Assembly: GCF_000281045.1 (NCBI RefSeq)
Contig: NW_008246093.1
Location: forward strand, 427,839-491,838
DNA length: 64,000 nt
From: Saprolegnia diclina VS20
Taxonomy: Eukaryota
Reading direction: 5' to 3'
Part shown: positions 13,357 to 24,876 of the stretch, piece after piece
Position numbering within the stretch: position 1 is the first letter of the stretch
Layout of the letters: each line of letters starts with the position of its first letter
Notes under the pieces: generated by a model
What the model was told of the DNA's origin: nothing
Databases searched by the model: none
What the model saw: only the letters and a program-made list of their open reading frames with translations
Position numbers and translations under genes: made by a program

Positions 13357-14877
13357 CTAGACAAGTTCAAAGCCCAGGTCCGCGTCGGCTGCCTCAGGTG
13401 GCAGTGTAATGAGGTCGTAGCGCACATCGAGCAGCGCCGTGAGCATCGTCTGGAACGGCGTCGGCGCGTCTTCCCCAGCGAGGACGGCCTTGAGGACGTT
13501 GGGCGAGAAGCCCGAGATGAGCGACACGCTGGCTTGGGTCGCGAGCGCTGCAAAGTCCATCGCGTTGCCGTTCACGTTCCAAAAGACGAGGTGCGGGACG
13601 TCGTAGTTGGCGGCCGCAAACTCTTTCGCGAGCACCGCATAGTTGGTCTCAAAGTTGCGATCCGCTCGGTCAAACTGCATGTCCGAGACGACAATAAGCT
13701 TCTTGGGCATGCGCTCGCGCGGGATCTGCTTGGAGACACCGAGGTGAATGACGGCGCGGAAGGCCGCAGCAAAGTCCGTGCTGCCGCCCCACGGCGCACC
13801 CCTGAGGCTCTTGACCTTGGCATGCAAGCTGTCGCCGTCAATGTGATGGAAGCGCGGCGACGACTCGAACGTGAGCACGAGATTGTGAAACTCGTCCGAG
13901 ACGATCGACGACACCATGATACCGAGCGCGATCGACACTTGCATCGGCGTACCCGACATCGAGCCCGACACGTCCGACATGACGAGCGTCTGCGTGAGCG
14001 TACCCAGAGCCCGCGTCGCCGTCTCCAGAACAGCCCACTGCGCCTCCAAAAGCTCGTCCTTGGGCTGGCCATTGTAGTAGGCGTCGACGATTTGGTGCGG
14101 ATAGAGGACCGCCGCGTTGACCTTGGTCTCGCCCGTCTTGAGACCGGCCTTCCACGTCGCAAAGGCGTCGGGGAGATGCCGCTCGAACGCATGCTTGGGC
14201 TTGCCATGGTTCTTCATCGCGACGCTGGGCACCTTGTTCAAGTTGATCTTCTCCCACTCCTTGGCGCACATGAGCGACTCCAGCAGCGTGAGCGACTTGC
14301 GCAACGGCGACAAGTACGTCTTGCGCAACTCGGCCGACCGCACGTTGAGCAGCTTGGCGAGTTTGCCGTTGACATGGTCCTTCTTGTCGGCCTTCTTGTT
14401 CTCGGACGGCACCCACTTGGCGCAGAGACTGATGGGCTTGCCATCGTGGAGCGCGGCCAGATCCTTCTTGAGTTGCTGCGCAAAGATCGAGAGCGCAAAG
14501 GTCTCGGCAGGCGTGCCCACGAGCGCGAGGAGGTCGTCGTACCGCCCGTAGACGCTGACGTAGTGCTCGAGGTTGTGCAGGAGCGCGCGCGTGTCGTGCG
14601 TCGCCAGCCACGCGAGGGCCTGTCGCCCGAGAAGCCGTTCGCCTTTGCCGCCGCGGATATCGCGAATGTACGCAATGATCTTGAGCGTATGCAGCGGGTC
14701 CTCGGCGTACGAGGCGACCAGCTTGGCTTCGAGATCGTTGAGGGACGTGCCCCGGAGCACGCCGGCAAAGAGGTCGACACGGGCGCTGGTCGTCGTCGCA
14801 TGGGTCAAGGCGCCGTTGTCGGTCGTCGTCATCTTCTGCGCCGCAAGCGCCTTGGCTGCTTCCGCAAACGAGGCCAT
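13357..14877 (-). CDS. DUF2828-type protein (TROVE-like helical domain + vWA), intronless
   Basis: TDNGALTHATT..VDLF, RDIRGGKGER, ISLCAKWVPSE, VPSVAM, MIDAS motif DVSGSM, WGGSTDF, VVSDMQFD, VFWNV, LISGFS. Confidence 0.9.
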   Translation of the reverse strand: MASFAEAAKALAAQKMTTTDNGALTHATTTSARVDLFAGVLRGTSLNDLEAKLVASYAEDPLHTLKIIAYIRDIRGGKGERLLGRQALAWLATHDTRALLHNLEHYVSVYGRYDDLLALVGTPAETFALSIFAQQLKKDLAALHDGKPISLCAKWVPSENKKADKKDHVNGKLAKLLNVRSAELRKTYLSPLRKSLTLLESLMCAKEWEKINLNKVPSVAMKNHGKPKHAFERHLPDAFATWKAGLKTGETKVNAAVLYPHQIVDAYYNGQPKDELLEAQWAVLETATRALGTLTQTLVMSDVSGSMSGTPMQVSIALGIMVSSIVSDEFHNLVLTFESSPRFHHIDGDSLHAKVKSLRGAPWGGSTDFAAAFRAVIHLGVSKQIPRERMPKKLIVVSDMQFDRADRNFETNYAVLAKEFAAANYDVPHLVFWNVNGNAMDFAALATQASVSLISGFSPNVLKAVLAGEDAPTPFQTMLTALLDVRYDLITLPPEAADADLGFELV

Positions 14878-15795
14878 GCTGGCAGACGAGCGCAAAAATT
14901 GAAAATGGAACTCGCCTCGTGGGAGCCACACCAAAGATATTCGCTTATCCAAGTACATTGGCAACCGGATGAAAACCCCTCGACGCTGAACCACGACCTA
15001 CGAAGAGTGAGCCCGCAACGACATCCAGCATACACGAGAAATTTTTATTATGCCGTGGGTCTTGCATTCGTCTTCTCATCGAGGTGACCACACGCTGTCG
15101 ACGCGGTGCATAGATATATACTATTTAAGCGAATACATGACAATCCGCCCGACGGTATCCGGCAACGGCATGGAATGAGATACAGGTGCCAGTCGTGAGT
15201 GATGGTCGTTGCCACGTCGACTCCACCGCTGCCATCATGTGGCCGATGGCATGAGCAATGGTTGAGGCATGGACAGGTAGATGTTGCATTCCTTCTCCTT
15301 CTATTGCCTGCAGCCACGCGTGTGCTAGCGCCCAGCCTACAGAATGGATGTAGCCATTGATACCTTGCCTAATTCAAAGTCATTGTTGGCGTGCTCAATC
15401 CAGGGGTACATTATTTACCCTGGCTCAATCGCTCCAGAGACCAAATCTCGACACCTCTGGCGCCCGACGCAATCAACGCCGGCATTCAACCTTGATCTAT
15501 TCTTTCCAGCCAATAATGATTTTCGCGGTCGAATTTTTACGCTCGTCATCTGTAGACTAGACAAAAAGGGAGGACTTGGGAGCGCCTTGGTGTGTATGAT
15601 GATGGCCCTGGAAGCCACGCCGAGGCGTTCGACGAGTGTTCGTACAGCGAGAGTGTCCAAAACTTCTGGACTTTGGCAAAACATTCGACCGTCGAAAAAA
15701 TTCCCCTTCGAATGTTCCAGGATTTAGCACCGAACAATCAAAGTTCGACGGTTGCAACATCATTCCACGTGCAATGCCTTTCACAACTGAAAACG

Positions 15796-17829
15796 ATGGC
15801 AGCGACCTTCCACAGCGTGATCCTCGGCCAGCCTGAGATCGCAACGATGGTCTTTGCGTTTCAGTTTGGCTTGTATGAAGACGTGTGCCCGGCCTTCCGC
15901 GCCTGTCGTGAGCTCGTGGAGCTTGTCGCCAGGTTTCGAAGTTACGCATGTGATCCGTCCTTTCGCCAAGCGTTCGCGCCGAATGCCGTGTGGTCGGACG
16001 ACCTCGGGTACATCACCCCATTGATGTATGCTCTTCGCGGCAATCAGCGCGACCCGCGTTTGCCACTGCATGTGGCCATTGCCCAAGGTTTCGTGCCGCT
16101 GACCAAGCGCATTCTATGCTGCCGACCCGACCTCGTCTCGGACGACGCGATCGTCTTGGCCTTTGAGAAGAACCACCTAGCTATCGTCGAGCTTCTACTG
16201 GACCAGCGCGAAAGCGTACGCAAACAACGTGGCATTATCCGCGCAAGTACGTAATTACTGTGGTGACCCATGATGTTTACAAAGTACCTTGGCGTAGCAA
16301 CTCGTACGTAGCTTGCGAGGCACTTGAATTACTGGGGCAACATGGTGGCTCGCGATGACTCGAGAGGTCTTCTTTTACTCCAACGCTTTGGTCTGCACCC
16401 CGACGACGTGATTGCCTCGGGTCGCCGGTATGTGATCAATCGCGCGACGCTCAAGAACGCAACGCTCGCACTCGACCTTTTTCCGTGGCTTCTCTATCCA
16501 AGTCTCTTGGATGACATTGCAGGCAAAGGATTTTTGCCGCTCGTACGCTCGCTCCACGAACGCGGCCTCGACTGCTCGACGGTCGCCATGAACGAAGCGG
16601 CGACCAATGGCCATTTGGAGGTCGTCAAGTTCCTCCATTTCAACCGGACCGAAGGCTGCACAATCGGCGCACTCGAGTGGGCTATTCTCAACGGCCACCT
16701 CGATGTTGTCCGCTTTCTCATTGCGCATCGCACCGAAGGCGCATCGCCCACCGTCCTCGACTTTGCTGCTGCGAACGGCCACTTTGACGTCGTTCAGCAC
16801 CTCCATTCTCTGGGCACGTTTGGCTGCACCGTCGCCGCCGTCGACCACGCCGCTTCTGGCGGTCACCTGAATATCGTCGAGTTTCTCTTGATGCACCGAA
16901 GTGAGGGGTGCACCCATGACAAAGTCGTTGAAAAAGCGCTCAAGGGTTGTCATCCGCATATGGCAAGGTACCTCCTCTCGCGCGGGTATCCGTTTCCAAC
17001 GTCGGAGCTCAACTTGGATTACTTTTGCTTTGGCAACCCCGAGAGCGTTGGCGTCTTTGAGCTCTTGGTCGCACACGGTCGACCGATTGAGGAGGATTGG
17101 TTCCTCCAAGCCTGCGTTGACAGCAATTTGCCTCTCGTTCGCCTCCTGTACGCATACGCCGACCCTGCCTGGCACCCCGAAGCGCTCAAAGAAGCCGTCC
17201 GAGTCAACGCGTGGGACATTGTGCGCTTTCTTTTGGCCAACGACGCGATGGACGTGTCGGCCGACACCCTCAAAAAGGCGCTACGCTCTGGCTACTTTGA
17301 TCTCGCTGCGCAAATTCTGCGGCGGCAACCCGAGCTCCGACACGAGAAGCTACTCGAGGCCGCTGCAGCCAGCCACAACGCCAAGGCCATCCGATTGCTC
17401 CTTGCTGCCGGCATTGGCAACCCGCGCGAGGTCCTCCTTGAGATTGCAGGTCGTAAACAACACGTGACCGATTGCAAGCTCCTCCTGCCGTGCTGCATGG
17501 ATGCGACCGACCATCTCGACAACATTAGCTTTCTATTGGACCTGCTCGCTCTGCCCGACCGCCACCGTGCGACGACCCTCCAGTTGATCACATCCGAGCT
17601 CCTGGAGCAAGGAAGAAAGGCCAGCCAAACGATGCAGCTAGCACCTAGCGCGGCGGCGCGAGCGTCTAATTTGCTACAGGCGGGCGAGGTTGTCGACTGG
17701 GCGTTGGCCCTCGTCATGGGCCATCTTCGTGCGACGGCCACCATCGAGGAGCTCGAGAAGAAGACAGCATTGGTCGAAGATGCCGAGCTTAAGACGCAGC
17801 TCCAACGTTTGCTCGAAGAGAAGCCGTAG
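15796..17829 (+). CDS. Ankyrin-repeat protein, lineage-expanded family (copy A), one intron near 16220-16300
   Basis: N-terminus FHSVILGQPEIATMVFAFQFGLYEDV; repeats AMNEAATNGHLEVVKFLHFNRTEGCT. Confidence 0.9.
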
Positions 17830-18169
17830 GCCAAGAAGATGGACAAGTAAATAGACTCTACTACCGCGGTCCAGGTACTCAGCTAAGCGAATTTCTGACC
17901 CTCCGCGCATCTTATCCGGTGGTGGTCATGTCATACGCAACGATTGTGCAGCTGATTGTACGGGAGCTCTCATTGGCGGCCGGGTCGATGCCATGACGCA
18001 GCAACGACATATCTGCAACAATATCTACCAGACTTTTGCGAATGGGACTGGCGAACCCAACGCTATAATTGCGTCGGCCAAACGAAATATTAGTACCTTT
18101 CAGCTGAAGGTTCAACTTTTCCCTGTCTAAAGTCGATTTTATCCGGATGATTTTGCATTTTCACGTGCC

Positions 18170-20440
18170 ATGGCAACCTTCCGCAGTGTCGTGCTTGGCC
18201 AGCCCGAGATCGCATCGATCGTCTTTGGCTACCAGACTGGCGTCTATGAAGACGTGCGTCCAGCCTTCATCGCCTGCGAGGAGCTCGTCGAGTTTGACGC
18301 GAGCAAGAAGCTCTACATGTGCGACGCGTCGTTGTACGAGGCATTTGCGCCAAGCGGCGGTGCGTGGGCAGGTCCCAAGCAATTCCGTTCGTCCGAGTAC
18401 CTTTTGCGCACCGATGTGCGCGATAAAAGCCTGCCGCTGCACTTGGCCATTGCCGGCGGCTGTGCCCACCTGGCCACGCGCATGCTGCAGTGCCGGCCGG
18501 ACCTCGCCTCCGAAGAAGCGATTCTCTTGGCGTTTATCAAAGACCAGTTGGAGACGGTCGAGGTCCTTCTGGATCTGCGAACGACGTTGCCTGCGCTTAC
18601 GAAGCCTGTCTACCACGCGCGTCGTCAGCGTACGTTGCACGCTGCACTGTATACCGGTACACTCATGATTGGCTTGCGATGCGTCCTAGTCGAGAACGGC
18701 TACGTGTGGCGCTTCCCGGTGGGGTTTTTGGTCGACCTTCTCGCGAGAAATGACACCAACGGCCTGTGTTTGCTTGCGCGCTTCGGCACTGGCCCCGATG
18801 ACTTTGAAGGTCGGCAAGAGCGCGATGCCGATTCCACCATCTCGGAACGGGCCATGCGGTCGGCCATGCAGCGTGCGACGCTGGCCAACGCAACGCTCGC
18901 CCTCGACCTCTTTCCATGGTTCGTCTACCCACGTCTCTTGGACGACGTGGCCGACAAAGGGTTCTTCTCGCTCGTACGCTCGCTGCACGAACGCGGTGTC
19001 GTGGGCTCGAGAGACGCGATGGACAAAGCGGCGGCCAACGGCCATTTGGCGATCGTCCGGTTGTTGCACTCGCAGCGACACGAAGGCTGTACTCTCAAGG
19101 CCATGACCGCAGCCGCAATTAACGGCCATCTGGAGGTCGTTCGCTTTCTCGACGCGCATCGAAACGAGGGCTGCACGACGCGGGCCATGGACGAGGCGGC
19201 GGCCAACGGCCATTTGGAGGTCGTTCAGTTTCTCCACTTCAACCGAACCGAAGGCTGCACGTACAAGGCGCTTGACGGCGCCATTACCAAAGGCCACCTT
19301 GACGTCGTTCGCTTCCTTCTCGAGTATCGTTCCGAGGGTGCGTCACGTAATATCCTCAACCAAGCTGCCGGCAACGGCCACCTGCACGTCGTCCAGTACC
19401 TCCACGACCTCGGTTCGTTTGGCTGCACCGTCGCCGCCGTCGACTCGGCAATTGCCGGCGGCCATTTGGACGTCGTGCAGTATCTGTTCGCCCACCGACG
19501 CGAAGGCTGCAGTCGCGACGACGCTGTTGCCAAGGCGCTCCAGAACGGGCATCTGCAAATGGCAACGTACCTCCTCTCACTCGGGTATCCGTTCCCGACC
19601 TCAGCGATCCGTTGGTACGTCAGCACGCTCCGCAAGCCCGAGATGGTCGACGTTCTCCGCCTCTATATCGACAACGGCGGGGCCTTGGATGCGTACTGCA
19701 TACTCTACGCATGCGGTGCCCACAATTTGCCGCTCGTCCAGCTTTTGCACGCGCACCCAAGTGAATTCAGTGGCGCCAACTTGATCGAGATGGCGATCAA
19801 GACCAAGGCGTGGGACGTCGTCGCCTTTCTCTTGGCCCACAGCGCGACAGCCAGCGTTTTGCTGCAAGCCCTCGAGCTGGAACTACCGAGCAGCCACCTC
19901 GAGCTCGTCATGCAACTGCTGGAGCGTCAACCGGAGCTCCGCGACGATAGGCTCCTTCAAGTGGCCCTTGGAGGCGGCAACGTCGAGGCGATGCGGCGTC
20001 TCCTCGCGCTCGGCATTGGCAACCCGCGCGAGTGCCTTCGCGAGATTGCAGGGCGTCGAGAGCACGTGAGTGAGAGCAAATTGCTCCTACCGTACTGCAT
20101 GCACCCGACCGACCACCTCAACAACGTCATTTTTCTTTTCGATCTGCTCGCGCTGCTGGACCGCCACCGTAAGACAACCTTCCGTTTGATCGCGCAAGAG
20201 CTCTCGTATCAAGAAGAAATGGCCAGTGAAGCTTTTGCGCGCGCACCCAACGTGGCGGCCCGTGCTTCAACGCTGCTGGAGGCTGGCGAGGTCATCGACT
20301 GGTCGCTGGCCGTTGTCATTTGCCAGCGCTGGACGACCGATGCAACCGCCAGCATTGAGCAGCTCGAGAAGTCGACTGCGTTGGTGCACGACGCCGAGCT
20401 CCAGACGCAGCTCGATCGTCTTCTCACAGCGCAGCGATAG
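18170..20440 (+). CDS. Ankyrin-repeat protein, tandem paralog (copy B), probable 60-nt in-frame intron 18630-18689
   Basis: FRSVVLGQPEIASIVFGYQTGVYEDV; AMDEAAANGHLEVVQFLHFNRTEGCT repeats; C-terminus collinear with copy A. Confidence 0.92.
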   Translation: MATFRSVVLGQPEIASIVFGYQTGVYEDVRPAFIACEELVEFDASKKLYMCDASLYEAFAPSGGAWAGPKQFRSSEYLLRTDVRDKSLPLHLAIAGGCAHLATRMLQCRPDLASEEAILLAFIKDQLETVEVLLDLRTTLPALTKPVYHARRQRTLHAALYTGTLMIGLRCVLVENGYVWRFPVGFLVDLLARNDTNGLCLLARFGTGPDDFEGRQERDADSTISERAMRSAMQRATLANATLALDLFPWFVYPRLLDDVADKGFFSLVRSLHERGVVGSRDAMDKAAANGHLAIVRLLHSQRHEGCTLKAMTAAAINGHLEVVRFLDAHRNEGCTTRAMDEAAANGHLEVVQFLHFNRTEGCTYKALDGAITKGHLDVVRFLLEYRSEGASRNILNQAAGNGHLHVVQYLHDLGSFGCTVAAVDSAIAGGHLDVVQYLFAHRREGCSRDDAVAKALQNGHLQMATYLLSLGYPFPTSAIRWYVSTLRKPEMVDVLRLYIDNGGALDAYCILYACGAHNLPLVQLLHAHPSEFSGANLIEMAIKTKAWDVVAFLLAHSATASVLLQALELELPSSHLELVMQLLERQPELRDDRLLQVALGGGNVEAMRRLLALGIGNPRECLREIAGRREHVSESKLLLPYCMHPTDHLNNVIFLFDLLALLDRHRKTTFRLIAQELSYQEEMASEAFARAPNVAARASTLLEAGEVIDWSLAVVICQRWTTDATASIEQLEKSTALVHDAELQTQLDRLLTAQR

Positions 20441-20675
20441 ACCGAGACCGATGCAATAATGACACATTGTGTCCAACATATTTTCGATACCAGTGGTCTA
20501 CTTCACAATCTGCACTGTCTAATACCTTGTCGATATCTAGTTTTCGCATTCTGATTTGCATCAAGCAGGTGGAGTTTCTCGGCGCCAGCCAAACCTCTAT
20601 CAACTGATAGGATAGATATCAAGTGTCACAGGCAACTGTCGGTTCGAGCGAGAAAGGTCTCAACGGGCAACCTCG

Positions 20676-21053
20676 ATGGCACTCTCGATCGCAGCGCAGA
20701 TTGAGCAGCGGATAGCAGCGCTCTTGCCACCGCCGCCACCAGCCTTCGCAACACGTCCGCGACTCGACGCGCCCGAGAAGCCATTGACAGTCCTTTGGCA
20801 ACAACGCTGCTACGCCCTCCGCCAGCGCCAGCGCTACCAGATGCACCGCGTTCTTCAGCACAAGCACCTGCGCCGGCGCCGGCCCAGTCCGCCGACCGAA
20901 TGCGCCATCTGCCTCGAGATGATGCAGCCCGAGCGCGAGATGCTGCGCACGCTGCCGTGCGGCCACGCATACCACCGCGCGTGCATTGACTCGTGGGCCA
21001 AGCGGCAGAAGACGTGCCCGTGCGACCGCCTGCCCTTTGGCCGTCTCTTTTAG
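20676..21053 (+). CDS. Small RING-H2 E3 ligase-like protein
   Basis: CAICLEMM...LPCGHAYHRACIDSWAKRQKTCPCDR. Confidence 0.88.
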   Translation: MALSIAAQIEQRIAALLPPPPPAFATRPRLDAPEKPLTVLWQQRCYALRQRQRYQMHRVLQHKHLRRRRPSPPTECAICLEMMQPEREMLRTLPCGHAYHRACIDSWAKRQKTCPCDRLPFGRLF

Positions 21054-21137
21054 CCCGTCCGTCGACGCCTTTTTGCATGCTCACCAATACTGTATTTCTG
21101 CATATGCTTTGAACATTGGTGACGTCATGGCAGCAGG

Positions 21138-23746
21138 CTATCCTAGCTGGTCGTCCTTGGGGTGCAATCGCGGGGTGCGGTGGCACAGCCGTCGCCACGC
21201 CTCGAGCCTTGCGTCATCTTCGTCCTCGCGCCATGTGAGCTTGACGTCCTTGATCCATGCATTCGTGACAACCAAGACGATCTCGTCGTCGTCGTCGTCA
21301 TGCAACAAACTCGCATCGTCAAACTCGGGGGTTAGGACAAAGCCAGCATGGATCTCTTGAGCGACAGGGGCCGCCTTCTCGAGCCGGCCGCCATAGGCCC
21401 CGAGACGCGCGCTTAGCTGGTCCCGCGAGCATTCGCGGACGTTGGGGCTGCGGCAGACCCAGCACTTTCGAACGTGGAGGACGCTCGCCGCAGCACGCTT
21501 TTTGGGTTCGCGCAAGACTGCGAACGCCTTGCAGCTGTGGCAGATCGTGCCCAAGACAGCTTTGCGACAGAGCAGTTGCTGCAGCGGCCCAACAACCGCT
21601 GCGACGTCATTGGCACTCACCTAGCGCCTTCCTTTGGCACACAACACGCACAGATGTATGTACCTCGTAGGCGACCGATGGGAGGCCGCGGAACCCGAGC
21701 TTGACAAGCGGCGATGACGCGTCTGTGACGGCGACGCAGCGCAGACTTGCAAGCGGCCGCGCAAGCACATGCCCCGAGTCGACTTCTTCCAGTACTTTTG
21801 ATGCCTGCAACATAGATTGAGATCCTCTGGCATTCATCGATGAGGTCTACGTGAAGGTGGATCGTGGCCGGCAGCCCTTCTTGACTCGCTGGCAAGTCCA
21901 ACGCGTCAGCTTCGTCGAGCGAGAGGAAGAGACGCACGTCCAGACCCATCTTGGAGGCGACCTACACCCGCGAGATGAGCTGCCTGCGATAGAGCGCGAC
22001 GTGGGGTCCACCGGCCGCTGCATCGCCATCTCATCGTCGCTCCCAGTCGCATCCACATCATCCTCGTCGTCGTCGTCACTGCCGTCTTCTTCGGCCGCTA
22101 AATCACGCAGAAACTCATCGACGTAGTAGCTACGGGCACGCGCGCGGTGCGTCGGTGTCTCGACGACAAAGTCGTCGACGCTCGAGACAACGCTGTTGTC
22201 GCTCCATCCGCTCTCAACGCGGGGACGGGCCGCCGCTTTCGCTACTGGTCGTGGCAATGGCGCCAGCACAAACGTGTCTTCAATCGCAGCCGGTCGAGGC
22301 CGCAAGCGAAGCCCCAAGGTCGTCGGCAAGAGCGGGTACCCAAGCGCATCGGTGCGCGTCGTTGGCCCGTGCTGGCGCGAGTAGCGCATGCTCTCGAGCT
22401 CGGTCGACGTCCACGGCGCCCCGTCCAGTTCGACGCGCGGCCCGACATGAAACAGCACCTACATTCTGTTTTGAAAACAGTGTTTCATGGAAGATCGTAC
22501 TTGTCGGCGGTAGTCGGGGTACGTCGCGAGCGGGTTCCCGCGCAAGTAGAGTTCGTCGAGCCGCAGCGATGCGAGACATGCGATGGCGTCCACGTTGGCC
22601 AACGCGTTAAACGACAGATCGAGGATCTACTGCACCATAAGACCGGATTCGCGACGCGTTAATCGACCTGCAATGCGGGTAAACGGGTCGTCGGCAGCGC
22701 CTCAAGCGACGTCAGGTGATTGTGGTCGAGCCAGAGTGCAGTGAGCGCCGTGTAGCTGCTGCGCAGTGAGAAGGAAGCGAGTGCGTTGTGCGAGAAGCGC
22801 GCCGAGAGCAAGGACGTCGACGCCATGAGGTCGTCGATCGACGTCAGTGCGTTCCCGCTGCAGTCAACGTGCGCGAGGGCCGGTAAGAACGTGTCGAGGT
22901 CCTATGCTTCGATTGAGTGTAGCCTACGAATGAAATGGCGACTACCGCGTGCCACGACGGCAAGGCTGCATGGCACACCTTGAGCGTATGCAAGCACGGC
23001 CATGACTTGTGCAAGAGCAGCTCCATGAGGCTTGTAAGAGGGCTGCCATGGTACTCCAGCACCTACTATGGTATGAGATGACGCAACCCTAGTCAGAAGT
23101 ACCTCGAGCTGACGAGGAAAGCATGCAAGCGAAGGAAGCGTCTCGGTCGGCGTCTCTCGCAGCTCGACGCTTGTCATGGCCGAGAATATCTCAAGGTGCA
23201 GGTCGGGGCATGGGCGGCGCTGGCTCGCGGCGTCGTGGCTGACTTTGAGCACCTTGGCTTCCTGCAGTAACGTCGAGAGTTTGAGTACGTCCAGGTGGCC
23301 GATGGGCGCTTGGTCGAGGTCGGAAGCGCCGTCGCCCGCCATAGGCGACAAGACCGGGCACTCGAAGAGCGCCATCGTGTCACTGGACGTCGTCCGGCGA
23401 ATCGTCCAGCCATCGATGCGGCCACTGCCATCCTAGTACCAGCATGAGAGTGGCTGGTCATGGGCCATCACCGCACCTGGGCGTGCTTGGGACATAGCGT
23501 CGTCTGTAGCCGCTCAAAGAGGTACGCGATGCCATGCGGATTGAGCGCGAGCTTGACCGCCCCTTTCTTGAGCTTGCTTACGTGCGTCTGCAGCGTCTCG
23601 TGGAGCAGCTTTAGGAACGAGCCGTCGCAGTAAAACCGGTCAAAGTCCATCTCATCTGTCGAGGAGCGCGAGCGTGGCGGCGACGTCGCGGGCGTCGACG
23701 GGCTCGGACGTCGAGGGTCCCATCGGTCGTCGTCGCCCCACTCCAT
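21138..23746 (-). CDS. LRR protein, STK11IP/LIP1-like, multi-exon, with a C-terminal CxxC..CxxC motif
   Basis: N-terminal FLKLLHETLQ..KLALNPHGIAYLFERL; LRR exons (LTALWLDHNHL, LDLSFNAL, ELYLRGNPL); C-terminal CHSC..CWVC. Confidence 0.65.
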
Positions 23747-24876
23747 GCTTGCAAAAGATTGAATGTATTTTGCCGCTTTTGATTGGTGCACTTTCGTACA
23801 TTATAGCCAATCAGATCGCCTTCTTGTAGCCTTCAACAACTACAGGACGGTTCTCTAGCTCGCTGCCCGTCGATGAACGACGCATCGTACTGCGAGCGTC
23901 CCTTCGACTCAGCGCAAGGACGTCCATGTGTCTGCTCCACGTGTCGTCGATGGCCTCGCTCGCCGTCCGGCCGTGCAAAGGTATTGCCTAAGCAAAAGAT
24001 CGTGTTGCGTGCGTTTAGCCAAGTTGCACCACGGTTGAGGTGCGACCAGTGCAGTTAATGTCGGATGAACCTGTCATCTCAGGACTACTCGATCAGTTTC
24101 TATCACAATCTAGCACAAAAGGAATACTAGACACTATTGTCTTGTCGCGTGATGCGAATGGATGACCGAAGCGAGGCCTCGTCGCAGCCACGTCGCGCGA
24201 CCACATGCTACAACAGGTTATGTCACTTCGTACACCATCACTCACAAACTAGAATCTCTAAACGTATTAGCAATTAGGATTATAGACTCCTATACTCGCG
24301 TACATAGACCTTCGACTGCACCGATGGCTCGCAGTCGGCGAGTTTGGAATGCGCGGGAACGTCCGTCGGTGCGACACGTTAGCTGCACGCAACAGGACCA
24401 TCACTCTGGTGTTTTCTTGGCGTGTGTTTAAAACACTGGCCCGACGGATCCAAAATGTATCTTTGGACCTGGTCGGATGCATACAAATGCCAAGTGCATT
24501 GTTTAAAACACCAAATGGTTTTCAACGCGTCGGATCCAAGGGGGCGTAGCTTGGTGCGCCGGCATTAAATTGCGCAGCAAGGTATACAAAACGCAAGTCA
24601 AGATAAGAACAATGAAATAAAATGTGGATTGTGTGGGCTTATGCCATTTGTGGATTTTTGCACGCCAGCTTGCGGTATCCCAGAGATTGCCCGTCGGCCT
24701 CCGCGGTACGATCGGCCATGCGACCGCGGAAGGGCTCATGAAGATGCTGCGTAGGAATCCAGGTAGACACCAAGATCATAGCATCCTCGACGCACGCTGC
24801 CATCACGAGTAACCATCGTGATCCTGCTGCCATCGTGACGACGTCGACCCCCAGCCCGAACAACCACCACAAGCGC

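Noticed and set aside
24835..24876. GTG start for the USP
   Set aside because: The ORF caller used a bacterial-style start; ATG 24877 or an upstream exon is more likely, and this cannot be resolved from sequence alone.
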